Shown piece by piece: positions 1 to 12,700 of a DNA stretch of 64,000 nt. Below the pieces are notes generated by a model. That model searched no databases and had not been told where the DNA came from. It was given only the letters and a program-made list of their open reading frames with translations. The stretch's first letter is position 1. Each line of letters begins with the position of its first letter. A program made the position numbers and the translations under genes. This DNA is from Aplysia californica (taxonomy: Eukaryota): positions 1,073,957-1,137,956 of the forward strand of contig NW_004797378.1 of assembly GCF_000002075.1 (NCBI RefSeq), given 5' to 3'.

Positions 1-92
1 ACACACACACACACACACACACACAACAACAACAACAACAACAACAAAAATAATACAACACCACCACCACTAACAACAATCACAACAACAAC
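1..92. repeat. (AC)n/(ACA)n microsatellite
   Basis: Read directly. Confidence 0.9.
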
Positions 93-786
93 GGATAAGA
101 GTGATTGTCCACTAAACCTACATACACCTCAAATGATATTGGATAGAACTTAATTTTATAATTTGTAGGCTTTGCAGTATACAATATTATTATATATGGA
201 GTTCTCATAGGGCCTAAAGCTAGGCCTTCTCAGTCTGAGAAAGCCTATGGCCTAAGTCTAACTCAAAATTGAAAGGCGATGAGCGGGTAATGTTCTAGGC
301 CCACTTCGACTGAATTTAGAAGGACAGGTTGGAATTTTACCGAGCAGATACAATGAACCAGTAGTGAACAAACACATTTCTCGCTAAAATCAAAGTTATG
401 GGTTTTATGTACGAGGAGGCGGGTGATCCCAGGGAAAACCATCCTGTTATTATTAATTTCATAGTTCACCGACAAACTTGTCCATGTTTGTCAGAGTGAC
501 TTCCCATTTCCAATGTTTACTTCCTGTAAGCGTAAAAGGAAACTGAATGAATGAAACATGGTTCTTGGTGTTGTCTAGGAGGTAGATCTAGAAATCTAGA
601 AGTAAATGGCTTGTCAAACAACAGTTCCTCACTGACAACAAATCTAAACGAGACACGAACTTTTTACTGGTAGAAGGAGTGGACGTTTTTATGAGGGCAG
701 CGGTAACGTTGCTCCGGAATAAGGAGCCTGGAGGGCTGAGACGATGAGAACCACCGATTTCGCTACTAATCTTAGAGACAGAAAAT

Positions 787-3700
787 ATGGAAACGAAGAA
801 AGCAATTCTACGATTCTTGCTTTCCCTTTTGGTAAGACTTTGATTGAGGCTGTAAAAGTATGACAGCATGTGTGTATAATGATGTCCAATATGATCTTTT
901 GGCCACCTCTATTCTCACCCGGAGTGAGAATAGTGCAGGCGAGTCTTGTGGCTATTCTCACCGAAAGTGGCTATTCTCACCCGCCGGAAGTTCTCGCAAG
1001 ATCAACTCCGGCTCTCCCCTCTTCTCTCTCTCTCTGTTTCTTTCTGAATACTGTCTATCGGTGTGGACGATCAAATTGACCAAAACAAAGTTAAAAAATG
1101 ATGTTAGTTAAAACACAAAAGTAAATTAATTTGGTTGTCTACAAAGTCGACAAAGATGCTACGGCCATTTAACTTTTTGAATCGAGCCGAACTACGCGGG
1201 TCGCCATTTTGTTTTGCCCGGAAATTCTCGTGCTNNNNNNNNNNNNNNNNNNNNNNNNNNNNNNNNNNNNNNNNNNNNNNNNNNNNNNNNNNNNNNNNNN
1301 NNNNNNNNNNNNNNNNNNNNNNNNNNNNNNNNNNNNNNNNNNNNNNNNNNNNNNNNNNNNNNNNNNNNNNNNNNNNNNNNNNNNNNNNNNNNNNNNNNNN
1401 NNNNNNNNNNNNNNNNNNNNNNNNNNNNNNNNNNNNNNNNNNNNNNNNNNNNNNNNNNNNNNNNNNNNNNNNNNNNNNNNNNNNNNNNNNNNNNNNNNNN
1501 NNNNNNNNNNNNNNNNNNNNNNNNNNNNNNNNNNNNNNNNNNNNNNNNNNNNNNNNNNNNNNNNNNNNNNNNNNNNNNNNNNNNNNNNNNNNNNNNNNNN
1601 NNNNNNNNNNNNNNNNNNNNNNNNNNNNNNNNNNNNNNNNNNNNNNNNNNNNNNNNNNNNNNNNNNNNNNNNNNNNNNNNNNNNNNNNNNNNNNNNNNNN
1701 NNNNNNNNNNNNNNNNNNNNNNNNNNNNNNNNNNNNNNNNNNNNNNNNNNNNNNNNNNNNNNNNNNNNNNNNNNNNNNNNNNNNNNNNNNNNNNNNNNNN
1801 NNNNNNNNNGAAAGAGACAGAGAGAGAAAGAAGAGGGGAGGAGTTGATCTTGCGAGAACTTCCGGGCGGGTGAGAATAGCCACTTTCTTATCTTTTCTTC
1901 CAAACCCATCTAGATCTAGATCTAGATTCGAAGTGTATACAGACCCGGTAACCGGGAACGAAGTCACGAAGTATGTATACAGACCTGGTAGGGGAACTCT
2001 TACATTTTGTGATTTCGGAAAGTTTCAGCGCCCAGACCCGGTAGAGAGAGAGTGAGAGTGTGTGTGTGTGTGTCAGTGTGAGCGAGAGAGAGAGAGGAGA
2101 GAAGTGCTAGCAAAATGTAAGAAATGGTAGCGTCAATTGCCACCGAGTGATGCGGTGGCAAGTCTGAAAACGACACTATCTTTAGCATTATACATAATGT
2201 GTGTCTAATGGGTCAATTTGTTTTCAACTAATTTCATTGGACGAGCATCTAATTTTTAGAGCTATGGTACCAACTTGGCGTGTTTTCAATGAGACGTAGG
2301 CCTAGATCTAGGCTAGACTTAGCCTACACTTGGTGTAGAACCAACACTGGCAATTCTAGAAGTAGAAGGTCACAAATGCACACAAACTCAAGCAGAAATT
2401 CACGTTATATCGGGGAACATATATTGGGGGACGTGGGTCAGGAAAACACACACACACACTCACACACACTCACACAAACACACATGCGCACACACACGGA
2501 GGGACAGAGAGGCGAACGCACAACACCGAGCACTCAAGCACAATAAGCTAGATCTACCCACCAACGCAAAAGAGCTCCAATTTACTCGGTGGCAATTGAC
2601 AAAACGAAAGCGTTGACAAAAAGTCAGTTTTTGTCAATTGCCACCGCGTCACTCAGTGGCAATTGACACTACCTTAAGAAATACCTCATTTGGCAGGAGG
2701 GAACGAGAGAAAGATAGAGTGGGAGATAGGTGGGGAGAAAGAAAGACAGAGACAAACAAAGAAAAAGAGAATGCGAGCGACTCACTCGCACAGAGAGAGA
2801 GAGAGGCAGAGAAGTAGAGAGGGGACAGCTCAATTGAAATTATGACATCGTTCTTTTCTTCAAATTGTGATTCCTCCAACTCCAAAATGGAGAAAAAACG
2901 ATCGTTCATCGAAGAATCTTCAATCTTCATTTAGATCTAGATCTCTAGCCTCGAAACTAGATCAATGATTTTTATCTGTTAGTCTAGATCTAGACCTAGG
3001 CCATAAAATAGATCTAGAAGAACCTAGGTCTACCTTAGTGTGTATACTTCTGTGGTCTACCCTGAGCCAAGAGGGCGCTGAAACTTTCCGAAATCACAAA
3101 AGAGTTCCCCTACCAGGTCTGTATACTTTGTGACTTCGTTCCCGGTTACCGGCTCTGTATACACTCCCATCTAGATTATCTTGACTTTACTACTGAACTG
3201 TACTAAACTTTAGATTTTCGGATTGATTATTCTCACCCGGGGTGAGGATAAATTGGGTATATATATATATATTATTCTCACCCGGTTTTTTCATTTCGGG
3301 CATCATAGGACCCCTGTCACTGAGCGCTCCAGGCAACAAAACTCGCCTCCCTCTCTCTCACTCTGCTGAGCGTGCGAGGCGACTAAAATTGCCAACGGGC
3401 TGGCCAGCTCTCGAGCGAGGGAGGCAACTATTTTCGATTTGGGGGAAAACCTTTTACGAAGTGACTATTCGGACTCGAATCCGAATATGAAAAAATGTTA
3501 TTCGGACTCTGATTTTTGTCCAGCATGACATCACTCCCGACTTACGACTTCCTGTGACTCATGACTCCGGCTTCCTGTCNNNNNNNNNNNNNNNNNNNNN
3601 NNNNNNNNNNNNNNNNNNNNNNNNNNNNNNNNNNNNNNNNNNNNNNNNNNNNNNNNNNNNNNNNNNNNNNNNNNNNNNNNNNNNNNNNNNNNNNNNNNNN

Positions 3701-6700
3701 NNNNNNNNNNNNNNNNNNNNNNNNNNNNNNNNNNNNNNNNNNNNNNNNNNNNNNNNNNNNNNNNNNNNNNNNNNNNNNNNNNNNNNNNNNNNNNNNNNNN
3801 NNNNNNNNNNNNNNNNNNNNNNNNNNNNNNNNNNNNNNNNNNNNNNNNNNNNNNNNNNNNNNNNNNNNNNNNNNNNNNNNNNNNNNNNNNNNNNNNNNNN
3901 NNNNNNNNNNNNNNNNNNNNNNNNNNNNNNNNNNNNNNNNNNNNNNNNNNNNNNNNNNNNNNNNNNNNNNNNNNNNNNNNNNNNNNNNNNNNNNNNNNNN
4001 NNNNNNNNNNNNNNNNNNNNNNNNNNNNNNNNNTAATGTGTAGGTGCCAGGTGGTCTGCTTATCTTCAATTTTACCTTTTTCTACAACAAAGAATGTGGG
4101 AAACATGGGGGGGTGGGGGGCGTATCAATGAGGCGGCGGGCATTTGATCGGCAGATAAGGTGTGGGGGAAACTAAAAAATGGCGGAAAATTGGAAGCACT
4201 TGACTTAACGTTAGATCTATAGATCGAAGACACTTCCTTTTTTCCGGACCCGAGTCCAAATAACATTTTTTCATATTCGGACTCGAGTCCAAATAAGAAC
4301 TTTTAAAATTCGGACTCGAGTCCGAATATGAAAAAATGTTATTCGGACTAACGACGGCCAAAATTTTAATCTTAAATGGTTTATTAACCGATCAAAATTA
4401 AGAAAAAATAAACCTAGGGTCAAGTGTCAAGGCACTACGTTCCTTAATAAATAATTGTGGGTTCTGTTAGGGATAACAATTAAACATGTTTTTTTTGTGT
4501 TACAAGTAAGCAAATGCCAGTTCTAACATCACAATGACAAACTATTACTAACATTATTTCATTAAACAGCTTTCAGTTAAGGCTATTATTTTTAAAAACA
4601 TACTACTGTGGCAAGTGAATTCCTTTCTGAATTTAGAATATATACACTTGTCTTGGGTTTTGGTGAAGATATACGTGCCTCAAGATTTTTAAAAATGAAA
4701 CAGTAACAATCTCCGCGGGAGCCTAGAAAAATCGGCCAGCACTCTGGGGCAGGTCAAGAACCTCTTACAATTCACAAATTATTTTGTATCATCTGTTCTC
4801 AACCCACCCAGGTAGGCCTAAGAATAAAAATCCATTGCATTCTCAGCCCGGGGGAGAGTAATACTATTTTATTCTCACTCGGGGTGAGAATAATTATTCT
4901 CACCCTGGGTGAGAATTAAAATGGATATTATTCTCACCCCGGGTGAGAATCTATTATCTATTTGTGGTGGCTGAATTTTGTTATTCAAAAGGCTTTTTAA
5001 TGGCTGCATCGATCGACATCTGGTTTTTGCCAAAAGATTCTTTAAAATATTCTCCACATCATGAAGCCTCTCGTTTTTTCAGTTTTGAGACAGTTTTGCT
5101 GCAAAAAGCTAAATTTCTTTATTTTGCCGATCGCTTTTGTAGGCTGACGCTTCTGTCTCTGTAATTTTAGAAAATCCGGAAGTGATATTTCGCGAGGCGC
5201 ATTTTGTTTTGAGAGTATAGATCTAGACCTTATAATTTTTTGCATCTCTCAAGGTTTATTGCCCCATTCCAGTAGAGTGTAAATATAGTAGGCCACTTCC
5301 TTTTGGCTATTCTCACCCAGTGTGCGTTCACCATGATAGCCTAGGCCAACCAGTGTAGCGTTCACCTTGAACAAACATTCCAGCACTCTTGTGTTGAAAG
5401 CATGCAATTTTGTCTGTGGGCAGTGAGAAAGAAAGAGGGGGGGGGGGGGGGGGAGAACTTCCTGGCAAAACAAAATGGCGCCCCGTGTAGTTCGGCTCGA
5501 TTCGAAAAGTTAAATAGCCGTAGCATCTTTGTAGACGACCAGATTAGTTTACTTTTGTGTTTTAACATCATTTTTTATCTTTGTTTTTGTCAATTTGATC
5601 GTCCACTGCGATAGACAGTATTCAGAGAGAGAGAGGAGTAGATCTTGCGAAAACTTCAACTAACAAAAGCACATTTTTGTTTTACCCATTTTAACGGTTT
5701 ACAGAATCATTGAAATCTCTAAGTATTCTTAATCACTTTTGCGACCTTCTCGTATGCCTTGTTCAATATCAGAACCCAAAGAAATAATTTGTTTTTCATT
5801 TAGAGACTGGATGATTAATGATGTGCAAATTCAACCTAAAATGACAAAACAGTGCTGGGTTTTTAAAATGCCCGCTGTAACTCATCTCACCAAAAAAAAA
5901 AGCAGCAAAAATAAAAAATAAAAAAAACCTAATGAATCAAGGGACACAACTACTGTAATAACAGGCATTGAATAACATGCTTTCCCTTTTTGCGATTGCT
6001 GAGAGCGATCGTGGGTTGGTAAATAGTGTAAAAAGAGTGTCCAGAAATTGAAAGTGACGTGGGTGTCGGTTTGGGGGTTTTTCGTTTGAGGCCTATCAAG
6101 GCTGTGTCGGTATCAGTGGTCACTGAATTAATGTATTACAGCATCAGCCCTGATAATTGTTCAGTACAGTGGAATCCTGTTATAACGAGAGGGAGGGGAC
6201 CGGTGTGAAATGTCCGTTATAGCAGGATTCTCGCTATAATGGATCCAGTAATAAATCCAAGGGAAATAGTAAAGTAGGCCTAATCTATGAGTTAAGTGTT
6301 CTGTTTATTCCTTTTTGTATTTCCCCTGATGATGATTTTGTTCAACTTGATTTCTAGGTCTTACTTGATCAAAAATCGAATCAGGTTTCTTTCTCTAGCA
6401 CTAGCAATGTTGACAGCTCGGCGTTGGCGATCAGAAAGAAGGGGCTCTGGCTCTAGGCTAACTCACCCGCTGTGTTGTCCCCCACCCCACCACACCCTGT
6501 GGTGCGTTACGTCTGCTTGCGCCAGTCACACAGTCACTCCATCTATCACAGCATTGTGACCTCTCCATCCCGCACCAGAGAAATGAGAGGCACGGTATGC
6601 CTAGATAAACTAGACTGGGCTGGCCTATCAGTATCACGCGATGCGTTCTGCGTGTCTGCGCGTGCCACACCCTCTCCTCTCATTCGCTCCGGCCTTCCAT

Positions 6701-9700
6701 TGTTGGTTTGCATGGGCTCTCCCATTCTTTGTTTCGGGATCACAAGCAACTTTCTCAACTGGCGAGTTGTTTATATATGTTTAATTGATCTGTGCGCTGT
6801 GCACATCATCATTGCTTTTCTCACCCTGGGGCAGGATATAGGCCACAAACAAACACTCTCCACCTTTCCCTATCCTGGGCTAGTCGCTTGATGTCACTCC
6901 ACGTCTTCCCACTTTTCTGTACATCCATTTCCGTGACTCTTCTCCAGGTTCCACGAGGTCTTCCCCTTGATCTTTTACCCCTGCAGCTGCTTGACTTCCT
7001 GAGAGTGCGTCCAATCCATCACCAACGTCATCTTCCCCCCTCATCTCTGAACGGGCTCTGTCTGGTTCTTCTTAATACTTCCTCGTTGGTGATCCTGTCT
7101 GTCCATTTGAACCTCAGCAGCCTCCTCAGACACTTGTTCAAGAAAACCTGGATCCTCTTTATGCACATATGGGATGCAATCCACGTCTCACATCCATACA
7201 ACAAGACTGACTTCACATTTGAGTTGAAAATTCTAAGCTTTGTTTGTAATGAGATATCCGTGGTCCTCCAAATCCTGCTCAAAGAAACAAATGCAGGCCT
7301 ATCAGTATCACGCGATGCGTTCTGCGTGTCTGCACGTGCCACACCCTCTCCACTCATTCGCTCCGGCCTTCCATTGTTGGTTCGCATGGGCTCTCTCATT
7401 CTTTGTTTCGGGATCACAAACAACTTTCTCAACTGACGAGTTGTTTATATATTATGTTTAATTGGTCTGTGCGCTGTGCACAGCAGCAGCAATATTCCGT
7501 TATAACCGGCATGTTTGTCTGATGGCGCAATAGCAGTATTTTATTTACAAAGATAAAGAAGGGAAAAAACGGGGGTTTTAGAACAGTGTCTTTATAACAG
7601 ACTTCTCGTTATTTCAGGACTCGTTATAAGTGGACTCCACTGTACCATTCTAAGATTTATAAGTTATTAGTCAAAACTGTTCGATCCCAGTCATTTTTCA
7701 ATTTTGCTCAGGTCCCCTCATTAATGATGACACTCTCGTCCTCCGAGGTAGCTAATTTGTGCACCATATTTTCTTTTGTTTTTTCTTTGAAGGTATGCGT
7801 GTGGCAATATGGTTTGGTGTGTTCAACAAAGATATGTTCCAGAGATCAATCGAGAGTGGTTGCGCGTATCGTTAAAGAGGTAAGACACATATCTTTTTCA
7901 TTGACAAAATGTGAAAGCAGACAAAGCAAATAATTTCTATATCATTGTTTTACCTTTTCAAATTTTATTCATTCTTAATCTTTGTGGTTGTTGGCAGGTG
8001 CTCTGGTGTGATTTGCTCCTTCTTTCCTATCAAGATCTATCATCCTTCTCTCTGTAACGCCTCTAATCTTTGGCACTTATATGACTTTATTATATATTTT
8101 GTTGCAAGTGCCGTAAGACTTTCACTCAAACTAATCAAAATTCTTAGTCTTTGGTCATCATATCATATTGTGTTAAAAGTTATCTTGGTTCACGATTTTT
8201 CTATTCACATGTTTTTTAGAAATGTCCCTGCCCTCATTCATAAATATTCCTCATAATCTTTCAACACAAGGCACAAAGAAATGCCTGATTTTATAGATAT
8301 TTGTTTCATAGATTGTCTTTAAAAGTTTTAGTAATGAGTTCTCTAGTTTGAACAGTTTTTTTCATGTTTTTCTCTTCCAGAGGATAACAAGTCAATGCAC
8401 CATTGACTCTCCTTAGTCAAAATGTGTGATGCAAGTGAAGTGCATGGCCTTTTCTATTTCCTTTTTTATTTTCCTTTAGTAATAGCACCTTCAACTGACC
8501 ACACACTTTATTGTTATAAAGGTCTTTAAAGTTCTTTGTTTGTTATTCAGTTCTGAAGACGAAGAGCTTAACGTGTTTGATGTAGATCTATAAGACCATA
8601 CTTCTTGTCATTCTGTAAGGCTGGTAAACTGACCCATGTCATATTTCTCCGTGGTGTATTTTCTTCATCCCGCTATGGGGCATTTTATTAACCCTATCCG
8701 TATGCCCTGGGGTCATTTTATACCCCTAGGATTGTATTTTTCACATTTTAGAATTCTTCTAGTACAAAGATCTCTTTGACACTTTCAGTATTTCTCAAAA
8801 AATCATTTTGACAGACTGCTATGTAAAGCATACGGATCAGATTAACGAGTACATTTCCTCTTTAAAAGTGGTGGCACAGAGTTCCCCAAGTCGTATGGAT
8901 ACGATAGTAAAACACGGCGTACGGATAGGGACTGTTCTATAGGGTGCATTTTGTGAAAGTTGTGATATTAATATCATCACAGTGAGTGGTTGACGGATGC
9001 TCTGGTGTGGTTTGCTTCTTCTTTCCTATAAAAAGTCTGTCGTCCTCATCTCCCCTCCTTCTTTTTTATGTTTGTTACTCTCTTGTAATACCTCTAATCT
9101 TCTGGTGCTCATATGACCTTATGCAGTTACGAGCACCGTAAAACCTCTACTAAACAAACAATATCATCACTTTGTTTTAATTTTCTGTTTTCTATTCTTC
9201 AGAAAATTTTGCCTGCTTTCAAAGAACATAGAGTTCCTCTGGCCTCAGAATGTCAGTTTGCCACAGACCGAGACATGTACATGGTTCACGAGGACAACAA
9301 GATGATGGAGAACACTGGCCGCTGGGCCTGTGACTTCTGCGGCAAGGCCTTTGTCTCAGAGTATTTTTTGGATGCTCACTTTGGGAATCGTCACTCTGAA
9401 CACATTCAGGTTTTTTTAAATCTTATTTTTGCTCTTGGATTTGGGGTGAATTATAAGGGTTGAGTGCATAGCTGAAAAATGTCAGGGGTCATCAGAGTCA
9501 GCAGGATATTCACTTTACCTTATCTGACATTACTTTCTCCTGTCCTATTTTTTAGGGGGTTTTTTTATTCGATCAATTTGCATATTCAGTTTAAACTTTA
9601 TTTCTCACTTTTGAGTAACAGAGCAGCACTTAATAGCAAAATTTCTGAAGTGATTTATGGTTATCAAAAAGCTGGAAAATGACATGTGAAAGATATAACA

Positions 9701-12700
9701 AAAATCAGCTGCAAGAATGTTCTTGTTTCTCCGTCCGCCTTGGTCCCAATGATGGCTGCATTGTCCATCTGTTCTGTGCACTAAATGTCCAACATTCCTT
9801 TCAACGTGATAAAACTAGTATATCATAGTCATTTGACTGCAGTATAGTATAAGATTTCATAGCTGCCACTTTCCCGCTAAATAGCGGAAACTCCGCTTCT
9901 TCTAGTTTTTCCCGCTACTTTCCTCCTTCCTCCGCTGGACCACTCTCGGTCGCAAATTGCGATACTTTTTTTTTTACACGCGGAAAACACCGAACCGGGA
10001 GAGAGACGAAACGCGGCTTGTGCATGTCCACCCGTAGTTTTCTACTTCCGCTCCTCTTGGCCTAGCGCTAGTTTCACATTGTTTATTGTGGAGCAACACA
10101 GTGTCGATCGAGCATCGGGACGTTGGCGCGCCGAGTTGTCATTGAAAACGGTGGAAATTCGAGAGAAATTGATGCAGAATGCAAAAATAAAAGGTGCTGG
10201 AATATGAAAGAAGCAGCCGGTGTTCGACTTGAGCAATTCATTAGAAAATTGAACGAGCGGCTTGCTGCCCTTTGCGTTTGGTTCAATAAAGTTGCGGCTT
10301 GCGGCTCTCCTGTACAATTGCGGTCCCGTTTGTTTACAGGACGGCTATTCTGGCTGTGACCGTGAATCTAGATCTAGATAATCTATCTCTAGATATAATA
10401 TAGATCTACACATATTTAGATATCTAGATTCTAGATCTAGATTAGACAGCCTAGGCTATAATTTTAATTCAGTTTAGATCTCTAAGTAAGAAACACACTA
10501 CAGGGGCACTAAGTGCAAACGAGGCCGCAATTGTATAGGAGTTCAGAAATCGCTCAGTACAGCAGCAAAGGTGTTGCCTCCTTGATCCAATACTGCTCTA
10601 CATCGATGTGCATGTTTAAAGTGAAAGAAATCTTTTAATGAGACACCAGCTGGCAACAAACACTGGATTTTTAGTCACCAAGTCGACCAAGTCCAAACTG
10701 TGTCAAATTGACTCAAATGCTTGTTAGTCAACTTACTGCCTTTTTTTTTCTCAAATACATTTTAATTCAGTTGCCTATGGTTAACAAACATGACAGTTTT
10801 CCCTTCCAAAACTGTAGGCTAGATTTTCTAGTATATTGCCTCTGGATCTCACTGGTTTTACTCCGGCCTTAGGAGAGCGCATGTACGCCTTTGCGTGAAT
10901 TTCCTCCTTTTTTGAAATTCCTGAGTGGCAGCTATGGATTATACACATTGCAGATTCGCTCAAAAAAAGAAAATAATTCTTTTGTCTACAATTCAGAGAC
11001 AAAGTGAGTTACTCTGGCCACTGCTATTTGCTATTCATTTAGATCCTCTGTTCACACTTAAGTGGAGATTTAGAAGGAACGGCAGAGGTGTTGTTGTTTA
11101 TTCCTTTCAATTTGACGCTGTGCTTTATTTCTGTCTGGCTTTCCATTCTACGCAAAGATGGTCACAAGTCCCCTTTTTCTTTTTGTATGCCTTTACACGT
11201 GGTGTCTTAGAGGCCAACTTTAACTGAAAATGTAGTCTTCTGTAGCATAACTTCCAACCCGTTCAATTTATCTTGGCAAGAATCAGTCTTTGACCTCTTC
11301 TCTTCCTCTCACTTTGTGGTGTTTTCTACAGGTCTGAAGGACATGCTCATCTGTCTGTGGGTGGTTGGAGGGTGCTCGGGTGTGGTTTGCTGCTTCTCTC
11401 CTATGAAACATCTATCGCCCTTCTTCTTTTTATGTTTGTTACTCTCTTGTAACACCTCTAGTCTTCTGGCGCTCAAATGACCTTATGCAGTTGTGAACGC
11501 CATAAAACCTCTACTAAAACTAAACTCAGCTGTCTGGTCAGCTTCTCCGCTAGAGCGTTACAGTCCAGCGTGCACTTAGTGAAACATGCACACAGTGAAC
11601 AGTTTTTCATAAAGTCCAGAACAGGGTGTCCAGCAAAGCCGTATAGTCGTAAAAAAGCCGTAAATTCGACGCCCTGGTCGTAAAGGTCGCAAATGGTAGT
11701 AAATTTGTCTCGAAGGTAGTAAAAATTTGGTAAACGGTCGTAAATTAGCCTGCATACTGAGTGATGAAGCCAGCAAGACTTTTCAGTGAACCCTAGCCTT
11801 GGTACATGACTCCGTTTTTGCAGGTCGCGATTGTGATATAATTATTCGTTCACCTTTTCTCCGTCCGAGAGTACGTTTCACGCGAAAAGCCGGCTATGGC
11901 GGCAGGTGGAAGTGTATGTGACACCGAGGCTCGATCGGGAAAATCAAGATCTACTTTCGCTTTCGTTACCACCCTGAAATTTGACGAAGATAAACTGATA
12001 ACGCAACATTTGTAATATGCAGGTTGTACAGTATAAATGCTGTGTCACCATGCAAACAAAATTTAATAATTACTCGGACCTTTCACTGTGCTGTCACTTG
12101 TGTGGATGGGGGGGGGGTGAAAAGAAAATACAAGCTTTGTCCGATTTTTAGATTGTCGGGTTCGCCAGCGTGACAGGTCAGTGAACCTTCACTACAAGGT
12201 ACGGCATCAGTGAGCACCGGCGTTTGTTGGGGTCGCCAAAGTTCATTAAAAAGTCGAGCGTTACGATGTATAGGACTACGGAATAGGGCAGGGATTATTG
12301 ATTTTTTTAAAGAGACACTCGGGGGAGGGAGGAGCGGATGAAGGCAACACCAGAGGACAAAAACTGTAAGCAAATTTCAGAATTTTGATTAGATTTAGAG
12401 CCCTCTGCAAAGCGCGCGTTGGTGCAGGCCTTGTGTGGAATCGGGATCCTTCATACCTTGTAAGCCGTGTTATTGAAATAAAGTGTTCGCATTTCATTTG
12501 TTGGGTGATAGTAAATTAGAACAATACTGTAGCTTTCTGTTCAAGACTGGCAGATTTTCAGTGCCACTGCCTCTTGCCCTCTCACAGTTCTTACACCTCT
12601 CACACTGAATAGGTTTACTCGAGTCATTACATGTGTGTGTGTGTGCGCGCGTTGTTGTTGTGTAACATGGCCCTGGAAAATGGAGAAGTCGGTTTGGTAG

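Noticed and set aside
484-525. Alternative first coding exon MFVRVTSHFQCLLP|gtaagc
   Set aside because: Phase-compatible, but 787-831 gives a much better signal peptide and donor; no further support.
1104-2055. Long ORFs in the track (also 3531-4106, 21086-21555, 35030-35513, 56148-56501)
   Set aside because: Artefacts of N-gaps (1235-1809, 3580-4033, 21318-21480, 35108-35412, 56231-56383) read as X.
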